Part shown: positions 1 through 9,500 of the stretch, in pieces | Position numbering within the stretch: position 1 is the stretch's first letter | Layout of the letters: each line of letters begins with the position of its first letter | IMG/VR virus record: IMGVR_UViG_3300031772_000014 | Coordinates: 11,151 to 75,150 of that record | DNA: 64,000 nucleotides | Reading direction: 5' to 3' (one strand) | From: a virus | The notes under the pieces: generated by a model | What the model saw: only the letters and a program-made list of their open reading frames with translations | The model's database searches: none | Told to the model about the DNA's origin: nothing | Translations under genes and position numbers: made by a program

Positions 1-684
1 GATGAACTGCTTCAGGTTCTCGGGGGCGTGGCTGGTACACTGCTCGATGACGGGGATGTTGTCCGAGAGAAGGTCTTGGAACTCATCGCACTCCAGCATG
101 TACGCCGGGATACCTCGGGTTCGGTCGGCGTTCAGGAAGGCGTTGCGGAGCGTGATCTTGGAGAAGTTGTTGAACTGCTTCTCGAAGATGTTCTGCGCCA
201 TCATGTGGGCCGCGAAGGACTTCAACGTCGGGCTCGTCTCGATGGGCTCCTTGATTCGGTCGTTCGAGAACGTCTTCGTCTGGGTGCTCGTCGGGGAGAC
301 GTAGAGCGTCTTGTACCCAGGGATGAGGCACGAGAGCGAGACGGCCTTGTTCCCGAGGAAGGTCGACTTCTCAACCTGTCGAGCGCAGAAAAGAAAGATG
401 CGCCGCGCCGGCGTGTTGTAGATCGGGATCATGTGCCGACGACCCTCGAACGAGAAGTTCTCGTACGAGAGACCATCGGTCGTGGGCATCCTGAAAGCGA
501 ACTCAGTGAAGTGCGAAAGCATCACTGAAGCAGGAGGCTCTTCCTTCCTCTTCCCTCGAGGAATGAAGAAGGGGTTTACCTTCTGGTGCCTCCACTCGGA
601 AGGAAACCACTCGGTGAAAGAAGCCGAATCCTCCGAGTCGTCCGTGTCTTCCAGGTCTGCTTTACTGAACGTCGCATCGTCCAT
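1..684 (-). CDS. terL: Terminase large subunit, N-terminal ATPase part (truncated by window edge; absent from ORF track)
   Basis: Manual translation from ATG 684 is open to position 1: MDDATFSK...IFLFCARQVEKSTFLGN (Walker A-like)...TLYVSPTSTQ...DRTRGIPAYMLECDEFQDL (Walker B-like). Confidence 0.85.
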   Translation of the reverse strand, partial: MDDATFSKADLEDTDDSEDSASFTEWFPSEWRHQKVNPFFIPRGKRKEEPPASVMLSHFTEFAFRMPTTDGLSYENFSFEGRRHMIPIYNTPARRIFLFCARQVEKSTFLGNKAVSLSCLIPGYKTLYVSPTSTQTKTFSNDRIKEPIETSPTLKSFAAHMMAQNIFEKQFNNFSKITLRNAFLNADRTRGIPAYMLECDEFQDLLSDNIPVIEQCTSHAPENLKQFI

Positions 685-718
685 GTATTCAAACCCACCT
701 AGGTATCCCGAGCTAGTC

Positions 719-1009
719 ATGTTCCCACCAAAGTCTACCGAGGATCCCACAGAAGCCGTCAAAGGGCTCTGGGAAAGTATCTCGAGGGCTGGCGGTCATC
801 TCAGCGACCAGGCCATCAGCGAACCCACCGAGCATGGGATGAAGTTCGTGATCCGACTTGCTGAAGCCTTCACGGAAGACGGAAAGAGGTACGCCTTCGG
901 GTTCATGAAAGCGTACCTCTTGGAGTGCGGGTGGAGGGCCAGCCGCATGAAGGTGGAGGCGAACGGCTACGTGACGTTCGAGGTCAGACCGGCCTCGAGG
1001 GCACGGTAG
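719..1009 (+). CDS. Small hypothetical protein (96 aa), antisense to the late block
   Basis: ATG 719 MFPPKSTEDP... fills the gap between terL and the next minus-strand gene. The longer track ORF (431) is a shadow over terL. Confidence 0.55.
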   Translation: MFPPKSTEDPTEAVKGLWESISRAGGHLSDQAISEPTEHGMKFVIRLAEAFTEDGKRYAFGFMKAYLLECGWRASRMKVEANGYVTFEVRPASRAR

Positions 1010-1368
1010 AACTTGTCCACGAAGGCGTCGGCATCGAGGACGTGATCGTACCCACGAGCGATGAGGTACCAGGAGTCGAGCTCGTAGTCCTTGATGTACT
1101 CCGCCGAGAGGCGGTCCTGCCCGGCGGCGAAGTGCTTCTGGGCGACCGGGTCCATCACCGCGGGGAAGACCTTGAACCAGTAGCGGTTGTCCGCTTCCTC
1201 GGGCCGGAAGAAGTGAAACACCAAGTCCCGGTTGATCATCCGGTGCTCCGCGATGAAGCCCTTCCGTGCCTCCTTCCTGAATACACGGGCCTCGACTTCC
1301 TTGTCCCCGTCCCCGGAGATCAGATCTTTCGCGATACCGCGTCCCTTTGCCATGTCCAGGTCAGCCAT
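967..1368 (-). CDS. Hypothetical protein (133 aa)
   Basis: ATG 1368 (MADLDMAKG) has a purine-rich SD and overlaps the upstream stop (ATGGCTGA). Confidence 0.7.
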   Translation of the reverse strand: MADLDMAKGRGIAKDLISGDGDKEVEARVFRKEARKGFIAEHRMINRDLVFHFFRPEEADNRYWFKVFPAVMDPVAQKHFAAGQDRLSAEYIKDYELDSWYLIARGYDHVLDADAFVDKFYRALEAGLTSNVT

Positions 1369-2338
1369 CTTCCTCTTCCCTTCTCCCGATGCTTCCAGGA
1401 GGTTCTTCTTGTGGAGCAGCGAGATCAGTCGAGTGGTTGCCACCCGTCACAAGCTTCAAGGTTCTGATGGGTTCCGTGCTGTGCTTGATCTGGATGGCCT
1501 GGAGCTTCTTGCTCAAGGAGGTAGCTTCCTCCTGCATGGTCTCGGACATCTCCTTGGCCATCTTCGCGGCTCCGATCAACGAGTGAACCTCTGCGCCCAT
1601 CATCGGCATCCCCTTGCCGAGGGTCACGTAGGCAGCCGCGAGAGCACCCTGATGCAACCCCGCGTAGACCTCTTTCATGTCTTCCATCTCTGCTGGGAAG
1701 CCCATCTGGATCTGCGAGACCAGGGCGGTGATCCTGTTCTGAGGAAGAGTCGACGAGATGTACCGTGGGTCTCGGTACTTGTTCCGGTTGCCGATCTTGA
1801 TGAACTGCTCGCGCTCCGCCGCGGTGAGGCCGCTGGGTAGCTGGAGGTGGCGCATCTCGCAGAGCTCAACCATCTCCCGGCTGTCCACCAAGCTCTTGTC
1901 CCAGAAGAGGCTCTCGTACCTCTCCACGGATTCCTTCGGGAGGTCGCGGAAGATCCCCTTGGACATGCGGATGTAAAGCGCAATGTGCTCGGGGCTGGCA
2001 TTGTTGTTGAGCATGGCCTCGACCAGCTCCTTCTGGCGAGGGTGCGCCAGGATTTGGTGCGTGTAGTCGAGGGTCTTCTTGGAGCGTTCATCCAGGATGA
2101 ACATGTCCAGGATCTCCAGCTTCAAGAGGAACTCACGCGTGGGGCGGTGACGTTCCACATCTCGAAGCTGGAGAGGGAACCCCGCCTGGCATTCCTCGCG
2201 CAGGCGGGAGATGTACTCCAAGCTCACGAAGAGCAAGTCGAGCTGGGTCATCAGCTCCTTGATCTGCTCGTTCGTGTACTGGTTCGAGCAGACCAGGAGG
2301 AAGCGGATGTACCTCTCTGAGGGACTACGCCGTACCAT
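1361..2338 (-). CDS. Hypothetical helical protein (325 aa) upstream of terL
   Basis: ATG 2338 lies 1 nt after the upstream TGA; protein-like composition. Confidence 0.7.
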   Translation of the reverse strand: MVRRSPSERYIRFLLVCSNQYTNEQIKELMTQLDLLFVSLEYISRLREECQAGFPLQLRDVERHRPTREFLLKLEILDMFILDERSKKTLDYTHQILAHPRQKELVEAMLNNNASPEHIALYIRMSKGIFRDLPKESVERYESLFWDKSLVDSREMVELCEMRHLQLPSGLTAAEREQFIKIGNRNKYRDPRYISSTLPQNRITALVSQIQMGFPAEMEDMKEVYAGLHQGALAAAYVTLGKGMPMMGAEVHSLIGAAKMAKEMSETMQEEATSLSKKLQAIQIKHSTEPIRTLKLVTGGNHSTDLAAPQEEPPGSIGRREEEDG

Positions 2339-2339
2339 G

Positions 2340-4586
2340 TCAGTTCTGCTGGAAGGCAATCATCTTGAGGCCGTCGATGGTCTCCTCAAGAGAGCGGATG
2401 CAGCGTTCGACGGCGTACTCGGGGATCTCCCGAACGCCCATGCGGGATGCGATGAGCAGCTCACACAGGTGCTCCTGAGCCTCGTTCAAGGCTGGCAGGT
2501 AGGACACGAACGCCATGAGGTTCTCGGGGTTCAGGAACCCGAGGCTCAGCACGGCATCCACCGCCATGGGATCCGGGATCACCGCGGCCTCTTTGGTGAG
2601 GTCGTGGCGAACCGGAGTCCGTGCGGCGACCTTGCTGAAAGATGCACGGGCGTCCTGCATGCGGTCTTCGTAGCTCTGGATTGCTCGAGCGACCTTCACG
2701 GAGACCGGGCGACCTTCCGAGATCGACTGCCCGAGCTTCGCCATCGCGTAGCTGGGAGCCACCCCCAGACCCGCTAGGACGAAGAGCGCCTGGTCGAGGT
2801 TGACCATGCTCTTTTCGGAGGACGCGACCTTCGACAAGGACGCCCCATCGATGGAGAACACGCCGGCGTCGGAACCACGGACCACCACCTCAGCCAGGAT
2901 GGAGTGCGCCGCGGCTTCCTTGCTGAACTCCTCCGGGTGGCTCGCCAACGAGACCTGCTCGGTCTCATCGAGCGGCATCCACTCGAAGTTCTCGGGGACG
3001 ATGAGGGTGCCCTCGTCCACCTGCGTGACCTTCCGAACTCCAGGCTGCTGGAGGATCTCCACGGTGGTCCCATCCATGAGCTCCGCCATGAGCCCGACCC
3101 CGCGGTCCCCACGGGACTCGCCCTTCAGGGCCGCCTTGACGTGCATTGGCACCATGGCCTGAAGACGACCATTCGGGAGGGTCTCGACGAACGTCCCATA
3201 CCCGCGGGGATGTCCGGTCATGAAGTTGGCCCCGGTGCCCGCGTGGACGCCGACGATCTCCCCCTGAAGGGCGGTCTGGGACCCGTTCGTGAACAGAGCC
3301 AGGGGCACCGAGGCGCCCGTCACGTCGATGAGGTTCGGGAACACGTACCCGATGATGTGCGCGCCCTTCTCGTCCTGGACCTTGTAGATCCCAAAGTCTT
3401 TGATGAGCTCCGGGTGATCCCCCTCGGGATCGTCCGCGCTCACCTCGACATCGCCCATCGTGGCCCCGCCGGTCTTGTCGATGGCCAGCGCCATCTCGGG
3501 GCCCACGATGCCCACGAGCTGCCCGCGGTCCACCATCTTCTCCACGGGCGCCCAAGCGAGGTGGCTCGCGGTCTTCACGCAGTACCCGCCGGCCGTCTTG
3601 TTGATCTGGATCACCGAAGGCTTGATCCCCGCCGCGTAGCTCGCCATCTTCTCGCGAGGATTCGACGGCTCGTACCCCGAGAGGGAGTTGAGCGCCGGCT
3701 GCGTGGCGTTCTTGTTGGCCACGTACGCGGCCTTCATGAGCGGGGAGGACACCTGCCCGATGAAGCGGTCGAAGTCCGTGGCGTGGATGCTTGGCAGGAT
3801 GCTGCCCAGAATGCCCCAACCCGCGTGCTTCTTCTTCAAAGAAGCGTTGCTGTTCACCGCGGCATCAACAGCATCTTCGGGGTGTCGACCGTACAGGTGC
3901 ACGGTGCCCTTCTGCGTCGTCGCCGACCCATCACGCATCGTCCGCGCCACGTTCTCGGCGGTGTGGCCCGGCGGTCCTCCCTTGCTTGCCTTACGGGCCG
4001 CCATCTCTCCGAAGTCCTCTGCCTTCACGACCCCAGACTTGAGAGCACGCTGCCACGCAGCCGAGCCTTCCTTGCCCATGCCGGCGCTGACCGTCGAGCC
4101 ACCGCCGCCGAAGCCGTTGTTCTGTCGGTACGGCGGGTAGAGGGTCGAGATGATGCTCTGGTCGCCGGGCGTCCTCGAGGTCACATCGAACATCTGCGGG
4201 CGGAAGAGCGCCAGGCGCAGACGCTTCTCGTTCAGGGGGAGCATCTTCGAGTCCTCCGTGACGAGCGTGTCGAAGGGCTTCATCTTCCCCTCGCGGATGA
4301 TGATCGGGATGCGGACGTGGTGGATGCCTCCCACCTGCTCGCCGGCGGAGCCGGGGCCGCTCTGGATCTCGGTCTTGTTGCCGATCTCCACGTGCCCGAA
4401 CCCGAAGGCTCGCTCGGCGTCGATGCGGTCCATCACGACGTCGGGGCTGAAGTCGGCCACGTACGGGTGCTGCTTGTAGAGCTCCTGGAGCACTTCGTTC
4501 TGCCACTGGTTCGGGTCTTCGGGCAGGGTGACTTCCGCGGCGGAGACCTTCTCGAAGTCGAGCTGGGAGTCGATGAACAGGTCCAT
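2340..4586 (-). CDS. Putative head/virion protein with many K-x-[AGS] motifs
   Basis: 748-aa ORF with GGAG SD; motifs EKVSA, KEGS, EKMAS, KTAS, KEAA, KVAS, KVAA; late-block context. Confidence 0.6.
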   Translation of the reverse strand: MDLFIDSQLDFEKVSAAEVTLPEDPNQWQNEVLQELYKQHPYVADFSPDVVMDRIDAERAFGFGHVEIGNKTEIQSGPGSAGEQVGGIHHVRIPIIIREGKMKPFDTLVTEDSKMLPLNEKRLRLALFRPQMFDVTSRTPGDQSIISTLYPPYRQNNGFGGGGSTVSAGMGKEGSAAWQRALKSGVVKAEDFGEMAARKASKGGPPGHTAENVARTMRDGSATTQKGTVHLYGRHPEDAVDAAVNSNASLKKKHAGWGILGSILPSIHATDFDRFIGQVSSPLMKAAYVANKNATQPALNSLSGYEPSNPREKMASYAAGIKPSVIQINKTAGGYCVKTASHLAWAPVEKMVDRGQLVGIVGPEMALAIDKTGGATMGDVEVSADDPEGDHPELIKDFGIYKVQDEKGAHIIGYVFPNLIDVTGASVPLALFTNGSQTALQGEIVGVHAGTGANFMTGHPRGYGTFVETLPNGRLQAMVPMHVKAALKGESRGDRGVGLMAELMDGTTVEILQQPGVRKVTQVDEGTLIVPENFEWMPLDETEQVSLASHPEEFSKEAAAHSILAEVVVRGSDAGVFSIDGASLSKVASSEKSMVNLDQALFVLAGLGVAPSYAMAKLGQSISEGRPVSVKVARAIQSYEDRMQDARASFSKVAARTPVRHDLTKEAAVIPDPMAVDAVLSLGFLNPENLMAFVSYLPALNEAQEHLCELLIASRMGVREIPEYAVERCIRSLEETIDGLKMIAFQQN

Positions 4587-4599
4587 GATGGAATCTCCG

Positions 4600-5229
4600 T
4601 CAGATTGGGAAGTTGGGGGCGAACATGAACTGAAAGGCGCCTACGGCGGCCGGGGCCTTGGTGACTACCATGACACCATACGTGATGTCGGGAGGGTTGA
4701 AACCATCGGCCGGATAGGACGGGTACCCGACGATCTGCCCAAGGGCATTCACGAAAGGTTGCCCGGACCATCCGTACAAAGCGCAGCCACCCAAAGAAAG
4801 GGCCGCTTGAAGTTGAGCCAGGAAGTTGATGCCCGCCAATCGTATCCCGAGGGACAGGTCTATGAGAAGATTGATGCCGCCGATCTTCAGCAAGAGAGCC
4901 GCCGCGAGGGCGATGTTGACCGATACCTGGATGCTGATCGGAGGGATCCCGATGGCCAGGGAAGCCTGCAAGGCCGCGATGACGGAGATGCTCGCCGCGA
5001 TGGCCATCTTCAGCGCCGTCAGGGGATCCCCGAAGGCAATCGAGATCCCGATGGAGGCGTTGAACTGCGCGACCAGATCTGCCTTCAAGGGACCGAGCCC
5101 GAACGCCCCTGCGAGCATGAGCTGAATCTGGGCGAGTAGCGGGGGCAACGCGAGCGAAGCCTGGAGAGCCCCGGACACGCAGGCCGATAGGGGAACAGGA
5201 CCAGCAAGTTTAGCGAAAGGAGTGGGCAT
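4600..5229 (-). CDS. Hydrophobic Ala/Leu-rich putative virion protein (209 aa)
   Basis: ATG 5229 (MPTPFAKLAG) lies 2 nt after the TTA ending the upstream gene. The track's extra N-terminal 106 aa are off-frame overlap. Confidence 0.65.
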   Translation of the reverse strand: MPTPFAKLAGPVPLSACVSGALQASLALPPLLAQIQLMLAGAFGLGPLKADLVAQFNASIGISIAFGDPLTALKMAIAASISVIAALQASLAIGIPPISIQVSVNIALAAALLLKIGGINLLIDLSLGIRLAGINFLAQLQAALSLGGCALYGWSGQPFVNALGQIVGYPSYPADGFNPPDITYGVMVVTKAPAAVGAFQFMFAPNFPI

Positions 5230-5231
5230 CG

Positions 5232-6548
5232 TAAGGCCATGACAGCCGGATTGCCGGTCGTGATTGAACCAACCGCCGGGGTCGCAATCGTGATGACGCC
5301 CGTGAAAGGCGAACCGTTCAAGAGCCCAGATACCTGCGCGACCGGGATCACGATGGCCACGCTGTCGCCCATACGGGCCACGGGCTGCGTGCCTGACCCA
5401 AGACGAATCTGATCTCCAGATACCTCCGTGAGCGCTTGCCCGCCCACGACCATGCTGGTCTTGGCCTTCAACTCTGCGTTGTCGAACGCCAAGGAGAGGC
5501 TGCCGGCACCCTTGAGCGAGAGACCCTTCTTGAAGTCGATCACGCACCCGCCCTCGGACCTGATGAAGACCCCGCCGGCCCGGTCCATGATGAAGTGCAT
5601 GGTCATCTGCTTGGCCACCGCGGGGTTCGCCAGGTCTCCGGTACCGGCCTTGAAGCCACCTGGCGCGATGACGACCTCCATGACGACCGGGGCCGTGGTC
5701 CCGATACCGGCGTTCTGGAGGTCGCTCGTCGAGTCACCGAAGAACGTGCTCCCTACCTTGGGTGGCTCCGTGACGGGGTTGAGGACCTTGCCCTTCGCGA
5801 TGCGGATGTCGCAGAACTGATCGTTGGCGAAGAGCCGATAGGTCTCCATGTGCTGTGCGGCCGGGTTGTCGATGGATGGTCCTTCCTGGATCCCCCACTT
5901 GATGGCCCCGCCCACGTTCTGGTGCTCGTAGTCCCCGGACACGTCGAAGATCTTGTTCGCGAGCGGGATGTAGATGCGCTGCGCCAAGCTCGAGCCGCCG
6001 ATCTGAAGAACGCCGCCTCGATGAAGGATGACGAAGTTCCCGTCACGTCCCTTCATGAACACGTCGCCCGGCTTTATCTCCGGCCTACCGCCATCGAAGC
6101 GGGCGTCGTTATGCGGGAACTCCACCTTGCCGCTGCGGGAGCGTGTGCCCTGCGGGGCGTCGGTACCGGTCAGGTCACCCTGGTCCACGAGCTGATTGCT
6201 CTTGATGGACGTCGTGATGGCATCGTCAGGATTCCCGAGCGGCTTGGACGTGTTGCCAGCCTGCTGCATCGGCATGATGAACGAGTTCACGAACGGCGGA
6301 GACGAATCGCTGGGGATGCACACGAAGCACACCGCACCGACGTCAGGCATCACGAAGATGCCCTCACCGCTGTTGTAGTGCATGTACGGCGAGCTGACCT
6401 GGATGTCGTAGTAGTAGTGCCGGTCGAACTGCGAGATGCAGTCCACGGTGTAGTTCACCAGGTTCACGTTCATGACCCGGCACTGGACCATCTTCGACGG
6501 TCGCTGCCCTTCCGACCGGCCACCGCCACCATCATACCTACGCGTCAT
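5232..6548 (-). CDS. Baseplate central spike (gpV/gp5-like), 438 aa, ending at TTA
   Basis: N-terminal OB-fold-like segment (MPDVGAVCFV) and a C-terminal spike-tip-like motif PVARMGD...GSITTGNPAVMA directly before TTA 5232-5234. The standard code adds 49 junk residues to 5085. Confidence 0.65.
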
Positions 6549-9500
6549 AAGTACACGTGGGAGGGCACGACGTTTTCGCCCTTGGCGTTGCGAGCAAGCC
6601 GAGGAAGACCGAACTCAGCCCCGTAGACCACGCCAGGAATCGGATGGGCTCCGTGGATGCTGGAAACCATCCCCGTCGCGGCAGCTTCCGAGATGGTCGT
6701 ACGGAGACGTTGATGCTGAAGGCGGGCCATCCAATCATCATGCAGAGACAAGGGGAGCATGTCGACTCCCATGAGCACTGGGCTGTGCAGGATCTGACCC
6801 TTGCCACCGGTCTTCAAGTCTCGGTTCATCTGGTTGATCACAGACGTCGGATAGAACTCTCCCCGCATCAAGTGCGGGTGGTCGCCAGGATCTTCCACCT
6901 TCGTGATGTTCGACATCGCACGAACCATGACCTCTATGGCGCGTCGACGAACACCTTCAGCCTTGTAGAGATCGTGGATCTCATCGGCCAGATGGTTCTG
7001 TACGTGGTCCATGCTCTTGGTCGCCTTGTAGAGATCGTGCGGGTTCACGACCGTACGAAGCGGATCTGACAAGGAGCGCCCTGCCTCCACGTGCATCCCC
7101 ACGGTCGGTGGCGTCCACAGGGCCTGACCCTTCGGCGGAATGGCTCCTGGAAGATTGATGTGAAGGTCCAGACCATTGTCGTCCTTGCCGACGAAGTGCG
7201 ATGTGCCGCCGACCCAGATGCGCGTACCCGTGGACTCCTTGTCGATCTTGTCGATCTTCCCAGAGGCCATCGAGACCGTGGCGGAGTTCGGGATCTTCTT
7301 GTGCAGCTTCGTGAGCTGCTCGAAGCGAGCGAAGGAGTTCACGGCCTTTGAGCCGCCGCCAGACTCAGCAACGCCTCCCGTGTGGAAGAGCTTCAGGGTG
7401 AGCTGCACCGCCCGCTCCCCAACCGCGTGCGCGGCCTGGATGCCCACGTTGGTACCGAACTGGTGCTCCTCCCCATCGACAGAGGGCCCCATGCACTTCT
7501 GGCAGATCCCTTTCGGGCTGTCGCACTTCAGCGGACTTCGCACCAGCACCTTGGCGTTCTTGTCCACCGCACGCATCTGACCCACCAGGTCCGGGGTGAC
7601 CAGCGTCCCCGCGGGGATGTGGAGCCCACCGGACCTGAAGTCTGCTGCGAGGTGCCGGTCATGCACGTCATGCTCGGAGAGCGCCATCGAGATGCCCTTC
7701 GAGGTCCCGCAGTCGTGCTTGTCGATCATGAGGTTCATCGAGGTGTTCATCAAGAGTTTCGACATCGCGCCGGGCTCCTGGACCTCCTGGACCTTCATGA
7801 CGGTTCCTCGACGAGCTCCGTGGAGCTGCGTCCAGTACTCCCCTAGGTCGAGACCTTCCGCGTAGCTGTTCTTGATCGGAACCGGGATGTTCTGGCTCTT
7901 GGAGTCCTTCATGATGAGCGGGGACATCACCATCTGCTTGTACTGGTCCCAGCTCGGCTTGGTCCCGGCGGCGGCCATCATGAACAAGTTCGAGGGGTTC
8001 TTCTTCGCCTCCTCCTTGTGCTGCGTCTGCATGTCCTCGCCGGCCTTGAGCCAGACGTTCACGGACTGCCGGTCCTTATCCTTCTCGTTGATGGTCTTGC
8101 TGCCGTTGATGGCATCCACCTTCGTCTGCGCGGCCTTGAGGATGGGGTCCCTGACCGAACGGATGGGATCGAAGTCCTTCAGGCTGAGCGAGTGCGTCCC
8201 GATGGAGAGGTGCTTGTCGGGGATGAGGTTCGTCTTGATGATCCCGTACGAGGCGTCGTACCCCAAGTCCTTCACGTCGTTGATGACTCGACCGAAGTCA
8301 TGCCGGTGATCTTTGCCCAGGGTATCGAGCATGGTCACCAACCCCTTCTTGTCCACCTGGAAGTCCAAGTCATGCAGAATCTTGTTCTGCATCGGCTTCG
8401 GGAGGATGTTCGCCAAGAGCACGCGACCAGCCGTCGTCTCCTTGCCATTCAGGTGCACGATGTCCGTGTAGTCAATCTTGCCCGTGTGCAGGGCAGAAAC
8501 GACCGATGCGTGGTCGGCGAACTTCTTGTCCGTCTTCTTGTCCGTCCGCGAAAGCTTGTAGAGACCCAGAGCAGACTCCAACGTGGGGCGGTACATGACC
8601 TCCCCGGAGGACTCGCTGAAGATGTTCTTCGTCGGGTACATCCTCTCGGCTTCCTTCACGGCCTCGTGGCTGATGGGGACGTAGACCGACATCGCGTCTC
8701 CGTCGAAGTCAGCGTTGAAACCACCCGTCACGAGAGGGTGGATCTTGATGGCGCTGCCTTCGACCGTCTTCGCCTTGAACGCCTGGACGGAGTACTTGTG
8801 CAGCGCAGGGTCACGCTTCAAGATGACGGGGCGCTCGCTCATGACCTGGTCGAGAGCTTTCCAGACCATCGGGTCCTTCTTCCCACGGTGCACCTCAGAC
8901 AGCTTCTCCTGGGCATCGAGGGTGTGCGCGGCCGTGCCTTGCTGCACAAGCTGTCGAACCACGAACGGACGAAAGAGCGTGAGAGCGGCTTCCCTGGGAA
9001 GACCAACCTCGTCGAGCCCAAGGTTCGGCTCTGGGACGATGGTGGAGCGCATGGTCATGTCCTGCTTGCGCTGCGCCAACGTCTTCTGGAAGTAGCCTTC
9101 CTTCGGCTGAGAGCCGGCAATAACCTCGAGGATGCCCTTCTCCTTCTTGTCCTTGTTCACGCTCCCGATGCCCATGATGGCTTTCACGCCGTCGTAGTAG
9201 GAGGTGCGCTGCTCTACCTTCCCCGCATCCGTGAGGTTCTTGGAGAGGATGGGATCCTTGAGCTTGGTGTTGATCTGCGCGAACTTCATGTAGAGGCCGT
9301 TGATGTCCTCGTACTTGATGGCTCCCTGCTCCATCTGATTGATGGGACGGGTGTTCGGCGGCATCACGGGCAGGTTGTGGAGGATGTACGCCTCAGAGGG
9401 CTTCATCCCCAAGTCCTTGAGGACCGTGAGGTACTTCACTTTCTTGAGCGCTCGGTCCACGTTCCCAGGTGACGTGGACCCCAACTCGAGCTTCGCTTTC

